Positions 1 to 13,400 of a stretch of DNA of 64,000 nucleotides are shown here, piece by piece. The stretch's first letter is position 1, and each line of letters begins with the position of its first letter. The DNA comes from Geosiphon pyriformis uo1 (Eukaryota; Fungi; Glomeromycota), in NCBI GenBank assembly GCA_016748015.1, contig JAAOMT010000471.1, forward strand, positions 1-64,000, in the 5' to 3' direction. The translations under genes were made by a program, and so were the position numbers. Below the pieces are notes generated by a model. It saw only the letters and a program-made list of their open reading frames with translations, searched no databases and had not been told where the DNA came from.

Positions 1-686
1 CCTAACCCTAACCCTAACTCTAACCCTAACCCTATCCCTAACCCTAGCCCTAACCCTAACCCTAACCCTAACCCTAACCCTAACCCTAACCCTAACCCTA
101 ACCCTAACCCTAACCCTAACCCTAACCCTAACCCTAACCCTAACCCTAACCCTAACCCTAACCCTAACCCTAACCCTAACCCTACCCCTAACCCTAACCC
201 TACCCCTAACCCTAACCCTAACCCTATCCCTATCCCTATCCCTATCCCTATCCCTATCCCTATCCCTATCCCTATCCCTATCCCTATCCCTATCCCTATC
301 CCTATCCCTATCCCTATCCCTATCCCTAACCCTAACCCTATCCCTAACCCTATCCCTAACCCTAACCCTAACCCTAACCCTAACCCTAACCCTAACCCTA
401 ACCCTAACCCTAACCCTAACCCTAACCCTAACCCTAACCCTAACCCTAACCCTATCCCTATCCCTAACCCTAACCCTAACCCTATCCCTATCCCTATCCC
501 TATCCCTATCCCTATCCCTATCCCTATCCCTATCCCTATCCCTATCCCTATCCCTATCCCTATCCCTATCCCTATCCCTATCCCTATCCCTATCCCTATC
601 CCTATCCCTATCCCTATCCCTATCCCTATCCCTATCCCTATCCCTATCCCTATCCCTATCCCTATCCCTATCCCTATCCCTAACCC
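1..686 (-). repeat. Telomeric repeat tract (CCCTAA)n with long variant (CCCTAT)n blocks; G-rich strand is minus
   Basis: Tandem CCCTAA from base 1; CCCTAT blocks at ~222-323 and ~480-680; ends ...CCCTAACCC at 686. Confidence 0.97.
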
Positions 687-2063
687 ACTTCAACATATGC
701 AGTCAAAATATTACTCAACAACTTTAATAACATTTTTGCCAGTGAAAATGAATTTGGCTGTACTAATATCATCTAACATCAGATCAAGACTGGAGATATA
801 ATACCAATAAAACAATGAGCATACAGAGTACTACCAGCCAGCTATGAAATCATTTGTCAAGAAATCAATCAGATGCTTGACAACAGGCTAATTCAGCCAT
901 CAATGAGTTTATAGTCATTACCAGTGGTACTAATCCATAAGAAAAATAGGAAAATCTACTTTTGTGTAGATTACAGGAAACTAAATAAAGTAATAAAAGG
1001 AAATAGCTACCTGACTCTAAAGATCCAAGAACTGTTTAATGCTTTTGGAGGAAAGAAATGATTCTCAACTTTGAACTTAGACAGTAGTTACTGGCAAGTA
1101 GCCATGAAACCAGAAGATAAAGAGAAAATGGCTTTTACAATGCGAGAAGAAAATTTTGAATTTGAAGTAATGTCATTTGGTTTGATAAATACACCAGCCA
1201 CTTTCCAATAACTAATGGAAATTGTTTACACCAGACTATTATAGAAATCAGTAGTTGTTTACTTAGATAACACAAATGTGTTCTCCAAGACATTCAATAA
1301 TCATTTGCATCATCTTCAACAAGTGTTTGAAAGACTAAAAAAAGCCAGATTAAAATTAAATGCAACCAAGTGTTTCTTTAGAAAAACTAAACTCAAGTTT
1401 TTGGGACATGTTGTAAGCAAAGACAGTATTAAAACAGATCCAGACAAGATTGAGATAGTCAAAAACTTTTTGGTACCAACCAACTTGACAGAACTAAGAG
1501 CATTCTTGGGATTTGCCAGATACTATTGCCACTTTATCAAAGACTTTTCTAAACTGGCCCAGCCATTACACCAGCTCCAATCAAAAAACATTAAGTATGA
1601 ATAGACAGAAAACCAGCAAGAAGCTTTTGATATATTAAGAAGAAAGCTTATTTAAGCTTTAGTGTTGATGTATCCAGATCACAGCAAACCATTTATTATC
1701 ACTACCAATGCATCAGGCCAAGCATTGGGAGCAGTACTATTGCAGAAAAGACCAGATGAAAGAGAACATTCAGTAGTATATACCAGCCGAAGTTTGAGTC
1801 CAGCTAAAAAGAACTATGGAACACCAGTATTAAAACACTTAGCAATCTATTGGGCAGTCATAAAATGGAAAAAATACTTAAACCAGAAGTTCGATATATA
1901 CACTGATCATAAAGAATTAACTTTAATCCAGAAGCAAGAATTTGGAGATGATCATCATGCTCAATAGAAAATAGAACTTTCACCATTTAAATATACCATA
2001 CACTACAAAAAAGGAAAAGAAAACAAAAATGCTGATGGTTTATTACAAATAAGACAAATCTAA
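687..2063 (+). pseudogene. Gypsy-1 RT-RNaseH remnant
   Basis: ORF fragments 1278-1604 and 1662-1967 share one frame with point-mutation stops; ends DGLLQIRQI-TAA at 2061-2063. Confidence 0.92.
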
Positions 2064-2093
2064 GAACACTTCAACCCAAAAATATAACAAAAG

Positions 2094-3448
2094 ATAAATA
2101 AACAAAAATATCAACAACTTTAACATTTTATAAATACCCAATGGTTCAAGAAGAAATTATCTCAAAAAGAACAAAACCATATTAAACAACAGTCCAAATA
2201 TTTTATTACTTACTAAAACATACTTTATTAGAAAAACAGAAAGAATTCAGATTAATCAACCAGAGTAATTACAGAATCAGAAAAAGAAACAATATTATTT
2301 AACATGCACTCTGATCTAACAGCAGAACATTTTCACAAAGAAGCAACCATGAAAAGAACCAGAAATAAATACTATTGGCTATTCATGTACTCAGATATTA
2401 TCCAATACATGCAAAATTGTGATGCTTGTCAAAAAAGAAGAGAAACAAGACTTAGTGAGCCATTAAGACCAATCAAAGTAGGACAACTATTTGAGCAGAT
2501 TAGAATTGACTTAGTCGGACTATTAACAATAACTAGCAGAGGGAACAGATATATCACAGTAGCCATGAATTATCTCACTAAATGGCCAGAAGCAAAAGCA
2601 ATTCAAAAAACAGATGTAGAATCTGTTGCCGAATTCATCTATCAAAATCTGATTTGTTGACACATATGTCCAAAAAAATTATTATCTGACCAAAAAACTC
2701 ACTTTGTAAATAGAACATTAACAGAACTAAGTTAAAGATTCGGAATAAAGAGACCATTATCATTACCATATTACTCACAAACCAATGGATTAGTCAAAAA
2801 ATTCAATAGAATATTGTGTGAAACAATAGCTAAGAAAACCAGGACAAATAGAATTTATTTATACCATCAATATTATTTGCTTATTAAATGATGAAGCAAG
2901 ATACTACACAAGCAACACTATTTGAATTAGTATACAGTAGAACAGCAACATTACCAGTTGAGATAGAAATCAATACATATCTGACAGAACCAATAACAGA
3001 AGACAATATCCAAGAAACATTGCTGAGAAGAACATATGATGTAATGGAAACACTAAAAAACAAATGGCAAAAAGCAGCTGATAACATTTAAAAATCACAA
3101 AAAAAACAAAATAAAAGGCATGATAACCAACTACCAGATAAACCAGTCGAATTCAGGATTGGAGATAAAGTACTGTTATATCGTACCAAAGTAGAAAAAC
3201 AGTGGAATAGAAAGTTTGATCCAAAATAGGATGGACTATTTCACATACACAAAATTTTAGGAAATGGATCTTATAAGTTATGATTAGAAAACAGAATTCT
3301 GAAAAAGACAACACATAGAAATTGTTTAAAATTTTATTAAACACAAGGATCAACATCAGTGGAACCACAATTAGGAGCACAAATTCTATTAATCAGACCA
3401 AAAGATATATCACGAGATATAGAACCAATGATAATCATCAAGACATAG
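2094..3448 (+). pseudogene. Gypsy-1 integrase, separate ORF (start ATG mutated to ATA)
   Basis: MHSD..HFH...CDACQ zinc finger, IDLVG, LSDQ, TNGLV, GPF-type C-terminal module; no chromodomain seen. Confidence 0.88.
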
Positions 3449-3510
3449 TTATACACGTGCTGAAATCTAGATATTATGTACATATAAGCCTTAAGACCAC
3501 AAAGAAAAGA

Positions 3511-4297
3511 ATGATAAAAATTTCAAACATGGACCTTTCAGACAAAATTTTAAAATTATCTAAACAATTATTTAACAAAATTCAAAAATCTATATCTCAA
3601 ATAGAAATTATAATCGATAAAAAAAAGATAAGATATAGAAATAAAAAAAAAAAAAGATGGGCAAAAGTTCAATTAGAACTAACTATGCCCATCCCTACAC
3701 TCCATCTGAAAAAGAAATTTTACAAAAAAAAATTAAATATACTTCTCAGGTGGAACGTGGAAAAAAAGGAGAGGAAGAAGAAGAAGAAGTGGAAAAATTA
3801 GATAGAAGACAAAAACAATTATATACAATATACTTGGCTCTCAAGCTAGAAAAAATTAAAAAATCTTTAGCTCATAGGACCAAACTCTCCGAAACAGGGA
3901 AGTAAACACCAGACAATGCTCAGGAGTGGAAAAAAAACTCCCTCCAATATATTGGTTTTACAAAATTGGAAAACAACTAGACTTAGAAAACCCATACAGA
4001 GACTACAACCAGAAAACTTTCAACAAAAAAGCAATGCGACAAGTAGAAAAATTCATAGGAAGGAGCAACCTGACACTACACTACAAAACAGCATATTAAT
4101 TATACATCACTTTTCGACATTGTCCAAACATACTATTGGATAGATCTTTAAAAAAGATAACAGTTAACAACATAGGATGAATGACCAATCAATAGTTCAA
4201 AGATTTACAAAAAGCCATAGTCAACATAACTATCGAACATTACATGAACAAAGTTTTATTAACAGACATAACTGACTTTGCAAAAGCTCAATATTAA
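3511..4297 (+). pseudogene. Gypsy-1 additional ORF3, unknown function
   Basis: Reconstructed ...IYWFYKIGKQL...LHYKTAY(R)LYITF...DFAKAQY*; homologous to ORF3 of elements 2 and 3. Confidence 0.75.
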
Positions 4298-4312
4298 AAA
4301 AGGAGAAGATAA

Positions 4313-5253
4313 TGTTACTTGAAGAAAAAAAGCCTATCAAAAAAAAAAGGAAAAATGTGACCTAAAGAAAAATGTGATGAAATGTGAAGGAACTTAGAAT
4401 AGTGCACAATAATGTTGGATAATGTGTTATAATATAGGATAACGCATTATAACATAAAATAACATGTTATAACATAGGATAACTTGTTATAATGTGAGAT
4501 AACATAGAATAATGTGTAATAACATTAGATAACATATTATAATATAGAATAATTAATTATAATATAAGAAAAATGAAGTGATAGCTAGCAAGAATAGACA
4601 ATCCAAAGCAATTCTATAAAATTAGAAAATACACATATATAGCAGTAACATTAAAAGCAAAAAAAGAAGAAGGAAAAGACAGAAATTCCTTAGTTACTAT
4701 TTCCTAGTTAAAAACCATAGCATTCCAAAATATCAATAAATATACTTATTCAGGATCTTAAATTCAGTTGTTTACTATCAACTCTAAATAGTGATAGTAA
4801 TTAATACTTAAAACACACAGAAACAATAGCTTTTGATCACAGCTATTGACAAGATACTAACTTATATTGCCTTAGCTTATTGTCTTTATTTTTCTTTATC
4901 TCTTTTATTTTTGTCTTTATTTTTGTTGTGTATACTAATTGATTGAGAATTAAGCACTAAGTATTGATGTTAAGGATTGCCTGGTAAAAGACCCCTGCAA
5001 ATGGATAGAACATATAAGAATTACAGATTGCTTATCAGAAAATTGCTGGTCACCACACTAAGAAAAAAATTGACAGAATTGTGATTCTGGGAAGCTATGA
5101 ATAAAATAACATGAGAATCTCTGTCCATTATACAAAGAACTTTAATCAAAATCTTCAGATTGAAACACCTTCAGACATTACTAATGTTATCTATTAAACA
5201 CTAAATTATGAGTTTGTTATTTGCTTTGGGACCCCAAATAATCACCTGTAACA
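4313..5253 (+). repeat. 3' LTR of Gypsy-1
   Basis: TGTTAC...GTAACA termini; preceded by PPT AAAAAGGAGAAGATAA; ~20-bp tandem array at ~4410-4565; U5 similar to the element-3 LTR. Confidence 0.93.
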
Positions 5254-6747
5254 ATGTTAAGACTGTTTTTTAGTTATACATGGTTTTTTGGATGCACAAT
5301 CTATTTTAAAGGACAATGTAAAGCTTTTTTGTATGGAGTTTGCTTTTTAAAGTTCTTTAAATACTGTATTTCTGGTTGAGCTTACAAGTTCTATTTATCT
5401 TGCCACTCTTAAAATTGCCAAGTCTTTGGTAGTTTCTGAGTTTGGTTTTTTTTCTGTTGTTGTTGTGCTGTATGATGTGTTTTTAGATGTGTTTGCTGCC
5501 AATATTAAGTCAGCTCTTACTGTTTTTGGTGAAGTTTCTCATGTTGTGCTGAAGTTTATTGGTGTTTAACAATATGTGGTTGTCTATTTTAAAGAATTGA
5601 ATACTACTGTATCTATTCTCATTTATTAGTTGATTTTGGTGGGCAAAAATAGTGCTCAAATTCTTTTTTTTGTTAATCAAAATAAGAAAATTTTGTCTTA
5701 TAATAGTTTAAGACCAAATTGGTTAACTTTTTTTCTGATTGTACTGTCTTTGAAATTAGTGATATGATCTCTTAGATTAGTGATCAGACATGTTTTATTT
5801 CTCAGTTTCCTGATTTTGGTTATTATTTCTGGTTTGTCTTGGTTATATTTGGTTCTTAAGCTAATTTAGATTCTGCTATTATTAAAACTGGTATACTAAG
5901 AAAGTGCCACATCTGGTAAAAAACTCTTAGAAATCAGCATTGTTTTCAATACCAAAGTTCAGATTATCTGGCTTTAGATTGTAAAATGTCTCTGTCTCTT
6001 CTTTCTAAGACTTTCAAGATGTTTATTTTTTATGATGTTAGTAATAAGTTTTATGCCAAAGCTGCTGTTCTTGTGCTTTCTTCGATTTTTAGTACTTTAG
6101 TTGGTATGATTTCTTTTTCTAGTATTATATCAGATAATTCTGTGTTCTCATCTTGGTTAATCTCTTTTGAATTAAAGTTGGCCAAGCTTTCTGATTTGGT
6201 TAACTCTATTGTTAAGCCTATTGGTTTCATGATAAAAGTGTTTGAACAATTTGTTAATAATAACTTGATTTCAAATAGTGCTTTTGGTTTTAGGATTAAT
6301 AAAGTTTTGATGCATATGGGTTTTTTTAGTAAAACTGTTAATAAGCTGAAAAAAAAGATAGTTTTTTTAAAAAAAAAGTGCTACATAGAAGATTTGGATA
6401 TATTTGGTAATTCGGAGCATCTGTTTGACATGAATAATATAATATTTTCTAATTTGATGTTTCTTTAAACTAATAAGTCTGTTTATATCAAAACTGATCT
6501 CATGAAAATAGCTAAATGACTAGTTGAATTGATTTCTAATAGTGTTATTTTGTTTGGTATTGTTCAAAAAATGTTGTCTTTGAGTAAGTTTTCTTTTGTT
6601 GTATCAATGTAATATAATCTGAACTGGCTTAAGTAGCTGATTACATGTAGTAAATATATAAACTATATTTAGTCCTAAAATACTTAGTTTGTTTTTAATT
6701 TCTAGATAATAGTTAGACTATATTCGTTTAATTCTAATAAAAAAAAA
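5254..6747 (+). mobile_element. ORF1-only non-autonomous LINE derivative (HAL1-like), copy A, 3' part
   Basis: Decayed RRM-like/CCHC ORF1 (knuckle remnant ~5941-5982) ends ~6612, followed directly by a LINE-type 3' UTR and poly(A) at 6739-6747; no ORF2. Confidence 0.75.
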
Positions 6748-6983
6748 GATTTATAAATAAAACTCACTAACTAGTCAACATAAGTTGGCTTAATATTGAA
6801 TAACTAAATAAAATTTTTATATAAAAACTTAGTTTTATTAGTTTTTATTATTCAAATTGTTAAAAATTAAGAATTATCAATATTAATATATATATCTAAG
6901 TTAAAAAATACAATACTAAAGTGTGGTTTTTTTNNNNNNNNNNNNNNNNNNNNNNNNNNNNNNNNNNNNNNNNNNNNNNNNNN

Positions 6984-7330
6984 TTATTTGCATATTTTTT
7001 ATAAATAAACAATAATTTAAACTTATATTAAACAATATAAATTAAAAAAACTATTTGTTTTTATTTTATTTAAGTATTTAACAATTTTTTATTTTAAACA
7101 TATTTATATATTAAAGTTTAATAACTTTTATATTAATACTTCATATTTTTTACAAAATAATTAATTAATTATTTTTATTTTTATTAAAAAATTTATTATT
7201 TTTATTATTTAAAAAACATATATTATAGTTTTATGAATTTTTAAATAACAAAATAATTATAATAATACTTTTAATTTAAATTTTTTTTTGTATTTTTAAC
7301 AATCAATAAAAAAATGATTTAATTTATTAA
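6984..7330. repeat. Left arm of a ~350-bp AT-rich inverted repeat (partner 21655-21976)
   Basis: Reverse-complement match, e.g. AATAATTTAAACTTATATTAA...AAATTAAAAAAACTATTTGTTTTTATTTTATTTAAGTATTTAA. Confidence 0.8.
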
Positions 7331-7339
7331 ACAAATTAA

Positions 7340-7440
7340 TTTTTTTTTATTTACAAGTAAAATTCAATTATTATTTAATATAATATAACTATTTAAAATT
7401 CTAAATTAAATATAATTTATGTACTTGTTATATATAACAA
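7340..7440 (-). mobile_element. Detached 3' UTR tip and poly(A) of LINE-2, split off by the LINE-1 insertion
   Basis: Reverse complement matches the LINE 3' UTR at 14000-14102; poly(T) at 7340-7348. Confidence 0.7.
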
Positions 7441-7449
7441 ATAATTTTT

Positions 7450-10400
7450 TAACTCTTTTTTTTATTGTTTTTTGGTCACAACAGAAGTAAAGATTTATTA
7501 AAAATTTAATTAGTTTTTTTTTCTTTTTTTCTTTTGTATTTCTTTAATTATTTCTTTTAATTTATTTTCTTTTATTATAATAGAACTGATAAGTTTTTCT
7601 GTTAATAGTTTTGGTTTGGGTTTGGTTGGTTTAAGGATCTGCTAAATTACCAAGAAAAAATGTGTGAAAAGTGTTTATTCTTACAGTATATCTTATAAAA
7701 AACTAAAAAAATCTAATGTAAGTATTAGTATAATTAATTCATTTACTAGTTTTTTAAGTCTTTAAAATATTAGTGTCTTTGATAAAAATTCTATGATGTC
7801 TTAAGATAACAAATTTAATAAAAAACCAATAGTATCAACAGTTTATTAGATATAAAAAATATATAAAATATAGTTGCTAAAGAAATTAGCTATATAAATT
7901 TAGATAATTTAATGATTAACAATAATATGGATAATATTACATTACAAAAAACTTATACTTAAACATATGTATTAAGTTACTTACTAAAAACTTTTATTTG
8001 TAAATTTAAACAATGATAACAATATTTTATTGCTTTTATTACCTAAGTATAATAGCTTTAAGCAACTTTTATTAATCAAATAACATGTGTCAGAAAAATA
8101 AAGTTTCAATTTGGCAAAATTATTTGTATTAAATATTGAATTGTCTACCATTTCTGACAAAACTAATAATAATAAATTATTACATATAAAAAATATTTTC
8201 TATTGTGTAAATAGTTTTGAAAGAGCTTTTATTTCTTTAAAGTTTTCAAAGATAATTAAATCTTCTTTTATATCTAAGTTGAGTTTGAAAAAAGCTAGAG
8301 AGATAACTGTTAATAAGAAAATTTTAGTTAATAATAATATAAGAAAAACAAATAGCTATACATATTAGATAGTAATTATTAAGAAGATCCCAATAAATCT
8401 TTTTAAATTGACAATAAAATCAGTTTTTTCCAAAGTTAACAAGATTATTTCAATTAAAATGCAGCTTATTAATTTATGACAAAAGATTTTAATAGAATTT
8501 AAGTCATTAAATATTGCTAATTTGGTTGTATCTAAGTGGTTTATTCTTATAGAAAAAAACTTTGTGCATATAATTTTGGCAGTTAGTAATAAACAGTTGT
8601 AAGTTTCAAAAAAATTTCATTGAGCTTTGTTGTATACTCTGTCAATTAGCATTACTGTCCATGATTTTTTTAATTTGTTGAATTTATACAGTAAAAAAAC
8701 TTGTTTTATCAGCTGCAATTCTAGTTTATATGTGTGTAATAAATGTGTTATGGTTTGTATTGTTGATGAAGCATCCAAAAAAACTACTATTAATTCTATT
8801 CCAGTTTTCAAAAGTGTAAATTTGTGCTAAATTAGTCTTTCTTTAGTCCATTGTGCTTAATATAAACAATTTAGTTACATTTTTGGTGTATATTTAATAA
8901 ATGAAAATTTGGGTAATTACAGTAAACAATTAGTTATCTTTCAGAATTAGATAAGTTTAATAAATATATATAGAAAAAAACAGACACTAATTGCTTGTCT
9001 GGTTTTATTTAATAAAAAAACTTAGACTCAAATTGCTGGTGGTTTTATTTCTTATGTAGTGTTTTCAGTTTTTCTGCTAAATTCTTTCAATATAAATAAT
9101 AAATTTGTTACTTTTAAATATAGTTTTACTAGTCTTGTAAAGCAAATTGACAAGCTGGCTAAGAAATTTGATGTATTTAGACCAATAGTTTTCTAGTCTA
9201 GCTTTGAACATCAGTTGTTGGTAATTATTTTATTATAGAATCAAAGGGCAAATATAATAATAAGTAAGAGTTTAGGTGCATTTACTAATAGTAAAACTGT
9301 TGTAAAAACAGTGTTCATAGATTTGTTTGTAGTTTCTAAATTGGAGGACAGTTTGATGAGTTTTTTAGATATAGTTATAAATTTTTTAACCAAAGTAAAC
9401 AATCTTGTTTTAGAATTAAGATTTTTTTTTAATAACCAGTCTTGTTTGAAAGTTTGTTATATGTAATGTTAGAGATATTAATGTCCCTACTAAGTAGAAA
9501 AATATTGTCTATTAATATATAAATTCAAATAATATAGTTTTTATTATTATGAAAACAAAGTTAAGATTTATTATTAGACTTTAGATTGTGAACAAATTTG
9601 ATAGAATGTGGATTTTTATATCTGATTTAGATAAAAACTTTTTTAAAACTGAAGTGATAATTATTATAAACAATTTTCTGGCTTAATATGTTTCTAAAAT
9701 AGAGAAAGTTTCTGATTATGTTGTTTCTATATAACTTTTTTTTAAGAGCAAGTTCTTGGTTATAATTCTTAATTTGTATGCTAGTGCTTCTGCTAAAATC
9801 AAGTTTAGTCTAGCTTTAAAAGTTAATTTTTTTATAGTTAAAACAGTTAACTTCAGCAGTTTTGTGGTTTTGAGTAAAAATTTTAACAAAAATAGATCTT
9901 AAAAAGTGTAAGTTTTAAGTTCTGTTTGGATTTGGATTTGGTTAATGTATTTAGTGAACATTCATTAATTAATGTTTCTATTTGAAGCAACTCAAAGAGT
10001 GTCAAGAAGATTATTGATTACATTTTTGTAAGTAAAGATTTGTTATTTGTAATTGGTAATCATAAGATTAAATTTGCATCTGAATTTTTCAATATTAATT
10101 ACAAAACTGTTTTAGTTTTAATTGGTTTAAGTGGTTTTTTGAATGTTTAATTGAATAATATAAGAAAGCAATCTAACAAAAATCACTGAAGTTTAGAATA
10201 AAAGACATAAATAAAATTAAATAGACTTATTTTAAAAAGTGTTTTTCTAATAAATTGTTAACTTTGACAGATATGTTTATAAAGGCAGAGGTTTCTGGAA
10301 ATTTGGATTCAATATAAAAGGTATTGAAAAAGATAATAATAAATTTGACTGACAAAATTTTTTTTAAACATTTTTAATTATTCAAAGAACAAACAATCAT

Positions 10401-13400
10401 CAAAATTTTTTAAATTAGAACTGCTAACTGCTAAGATAACTAAAGCTCTAAGGTCAAGAGATGTGCTTAAGTTGGAATCTCTATTTTACACTTGATTAAC
10501 CATTAATAAAAGCAAAGCTTTGAAGATACAAAACTTGATTCAAAATAGTGCCAAGTTAATAGAAATTTTTAATTGCTTGTTTGGTATATAAAAAATTTAT
10601 TCTAAATCCAAAATACATGAATTTAAAACTTCTGAAAATATTGCTATTAGGTATGCAATTGAGAAAAAAATAGGAAACTTTTATTCAGACAAAAAACACA
10701 TAATCAAGAGTATATTAAAAAAGTTTTTTTATAAGATAATACTTGATTATTTGGTGGTTAATAATAAGCTGGCTTTGAAATCTAAAAAAATTAAGATTAA
10801 AATTAATACTATTATAAAGAGTTAAATTAAGAAGTATGTGGTTTTTAAGTTTTTGTTTGGACTTTGGACTAATTAATATGCTTTTTTAAATTATATAAAC
10901 AATAGTGTATTTTCAAATATTATAAAAATTATCAATTTTGAGAAGTTGGTATAGATAATTAAAAATTTGCCAAATAAAAAAGCTGTTGATTTAAGTGGCA
11001 TTTCTAATAAATAATAGAAAAATTATGGTAATAATATGCTTGGATGTCTTTTGGGTCTTTTGAATATATGTTTGACTTTAGATATAGTTTTGGCTTTGTA
11101 AAAAAAAACATAAGTTTCGATAATTTCTAAGTTTTATAATTGGAATAAAATTTTAACAAATACTTGATCTATTGTTCTAATTAAAATGGCCAAGAAGATT
11201 TTTTCTAAAATTCTTTTAAATTGGATTTTTTTTGTTTACAGCTGTTTTGGTGTGTTTTATGAAGACAACTTTTCTGTCTTAAAAAGTACTTTAACACAAT
11301 TACTTATTTTTACTGTTAAGTTTGTGGTTAAAGATGTTTTGAAAAAGTTTATTGGTTTTTTTGGTATTATTTATGAAGATAAAATAAATAGAATAATGAC
11401 AAATTTTGGTTTTTTGGTAGTTATTAGGTATATAATAGTCTGAATTAAGATAAAGTATTCTCTTTTTTTCTTTAAAGAATTTTTTATGATCCCCTTTGTG
11501 TAAGATAAAAAGATATAAACATTTATGTAAATATTATATTAACATTAACTTTATAGCTAAGACAAATAAAATTGAAGCCAAAAATAAAAAAACTTTTTTT
11601 TTGTAGCTGGTGCTTTTGTTGATAACACTATTTGGATTGGAAACAGTCAGATATCTACACAATATATATTAAACATTGCCAGTAAATTTTTTTGATTAAT
11701 AATATTTCAATTAACAATAACTATTTTTATTAATTACAGAGTTAAAGATATCATTTTGAAGATCAATAGTTTGCCAATTTCAATTGCCAAAAATAGTAAG
11801 CCACATAGGTACTTGGAAATTTTTTTGTCAATTAAAAATTTATTTAGACTTAGTTTGGTTAAAACTTATTCTAATATTATGTTTTTTTCTAATATAGTGT
11901 TGAAAAAAGTAATTACTAATAAACAATTCTTATATTTAGTGTTAGCAGTTTTATAGTCTATTATTGGCTATTGATCACAGTTTAATTTTGTTTTATCCAA
12001 TATGTGTCACAAATAGGATACTATAGTCAAGAAAAATCTCAAGCTAAAGGCCAATTTGCTGAGAAATTTTTTCAATAAGACTTTATATTATCTATCTCAA
12101 TATAATTTAAAACTTTTTGATCAAATTTAGGTTAAGAGAAAGTTAGTTTCATTAGTTATTTTTTTTAATGCCTCTGGTATTCTTGGGCATTTATTTGAAC
12201 ACAAGTTTTTAGATTTGCAGATTTTAAGGTAAAACTCTCTTGGATTTTTTGCAATTTTTTGTTAAATTGTATGTTAGTCTAGTAAACAATTTTTAGCTAG
12301 AATAATAAAGATTTTCTTACTTAATAAGTTATCTATTATAAACACTTTGCCTAATATATTCTGCAGTCTGGGAAAGTTTTTAATATTAAATATTCTGAGT
12401 GGGTTTTTGTACTATGATTCAATGCACTTTTTAAAGCAGTTCAATATTATATTTAATAACAAACTTCTGAACAAGAAGAATAGTATGATGAATTAAAAAA
12501 CTTTTTAATATTGGAAAAAATTAGATCTTAGGAGTCCTGTGTTTCATTGGTTTAACTCGGTTTTAAAAATAATAATAATTGTTTGAAATTGAATTTTTTG
12601 GAAATTAATAGTTTGTTTGATGCAAATGTTGTAAAATTTGTTAGGTTTTCTAAAGTGCATAATAGTTTGTTTAAGATTTGATCAGATATTATTAAAGTAT
12701 ATATGAATAGTTTTCTAAAAAACATAAGTTGCTAATAAGACTATAGCATATTTTTTTGTGATGAATATGAGAGTTAGTGTTATGATTTATAGACTTCTGT
12801 CTTCTATAATAACCAAGCTGCAAATTATGGCTTTGTTCTTATTGTAGATTTCATTTTTTTGTGTAATAGTAATGTATCTGAATAGTCAAATTACTATTAA
12901 TGCTTATGTTTCTAAGATTGAATTTACTGAGCTGAACTTTCACAATCAATATTGGATGGAGAGAAAGCATATTGTCAAATTAATAAAGATTAAGCATCAT
13001 TTAGTTCAATAAATAAAAATTAAAAGTTATTTGAATGTTTTTGGCAATATTAAGACTAATTTTTTGGCAAAAGTGATTGCCTTTTCTCTTTTATCTTTGC
13101 CAGTTGGAGTGATTGAATATTTTGTTATAACTAAAGGCATAGTCATGTTTGACAACACTCATTATTTTGTTTATAATGTTTATTAATTAATTAATTATGC
13201 TTAGTAAAAGACTGGCTCTAGTTACAACATTCTTCTTAATTCCTTAATTAATAAAGTGAATTAGGTATCTACTATATAGGTTTGGCACCCTAATTCTCAT
13301 ATGTTGTCTGAGTTTATTAGCAAGAAATTGGCTAATATACATACCTATTTAATAAAAGCTATACATAAATGTTTGCCAATAGTACTTAGAAAAAAATTGT

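Larger units (their letters stand above)
687..5253 (+). mobile_element. Ty3/Gypsy LTR retrotransposon 1, 5'-truncated by the telomere (RT-RNaseH, integrase, ORF3, 3' LTR), decayed
   Basis: RT motifs (FCVDYRKLN, FEVMSFGL, YLDN for YLDD), RNase H (TNASGQALGAVL), integrase (HHCC, KWPEA, GPF module), PPT and LTR; colinear with element 3 from ~43260. Confidence 0.95.

Noticed and set aside
687-5253. Telomere-maintaining or telomere-targeting retroelement (HeT-A/TART, SART/TRAS-like)
   Set aside because: It is an LTR element cut mid-pol, with no telomeric repeats on its proximal side and no tandem array
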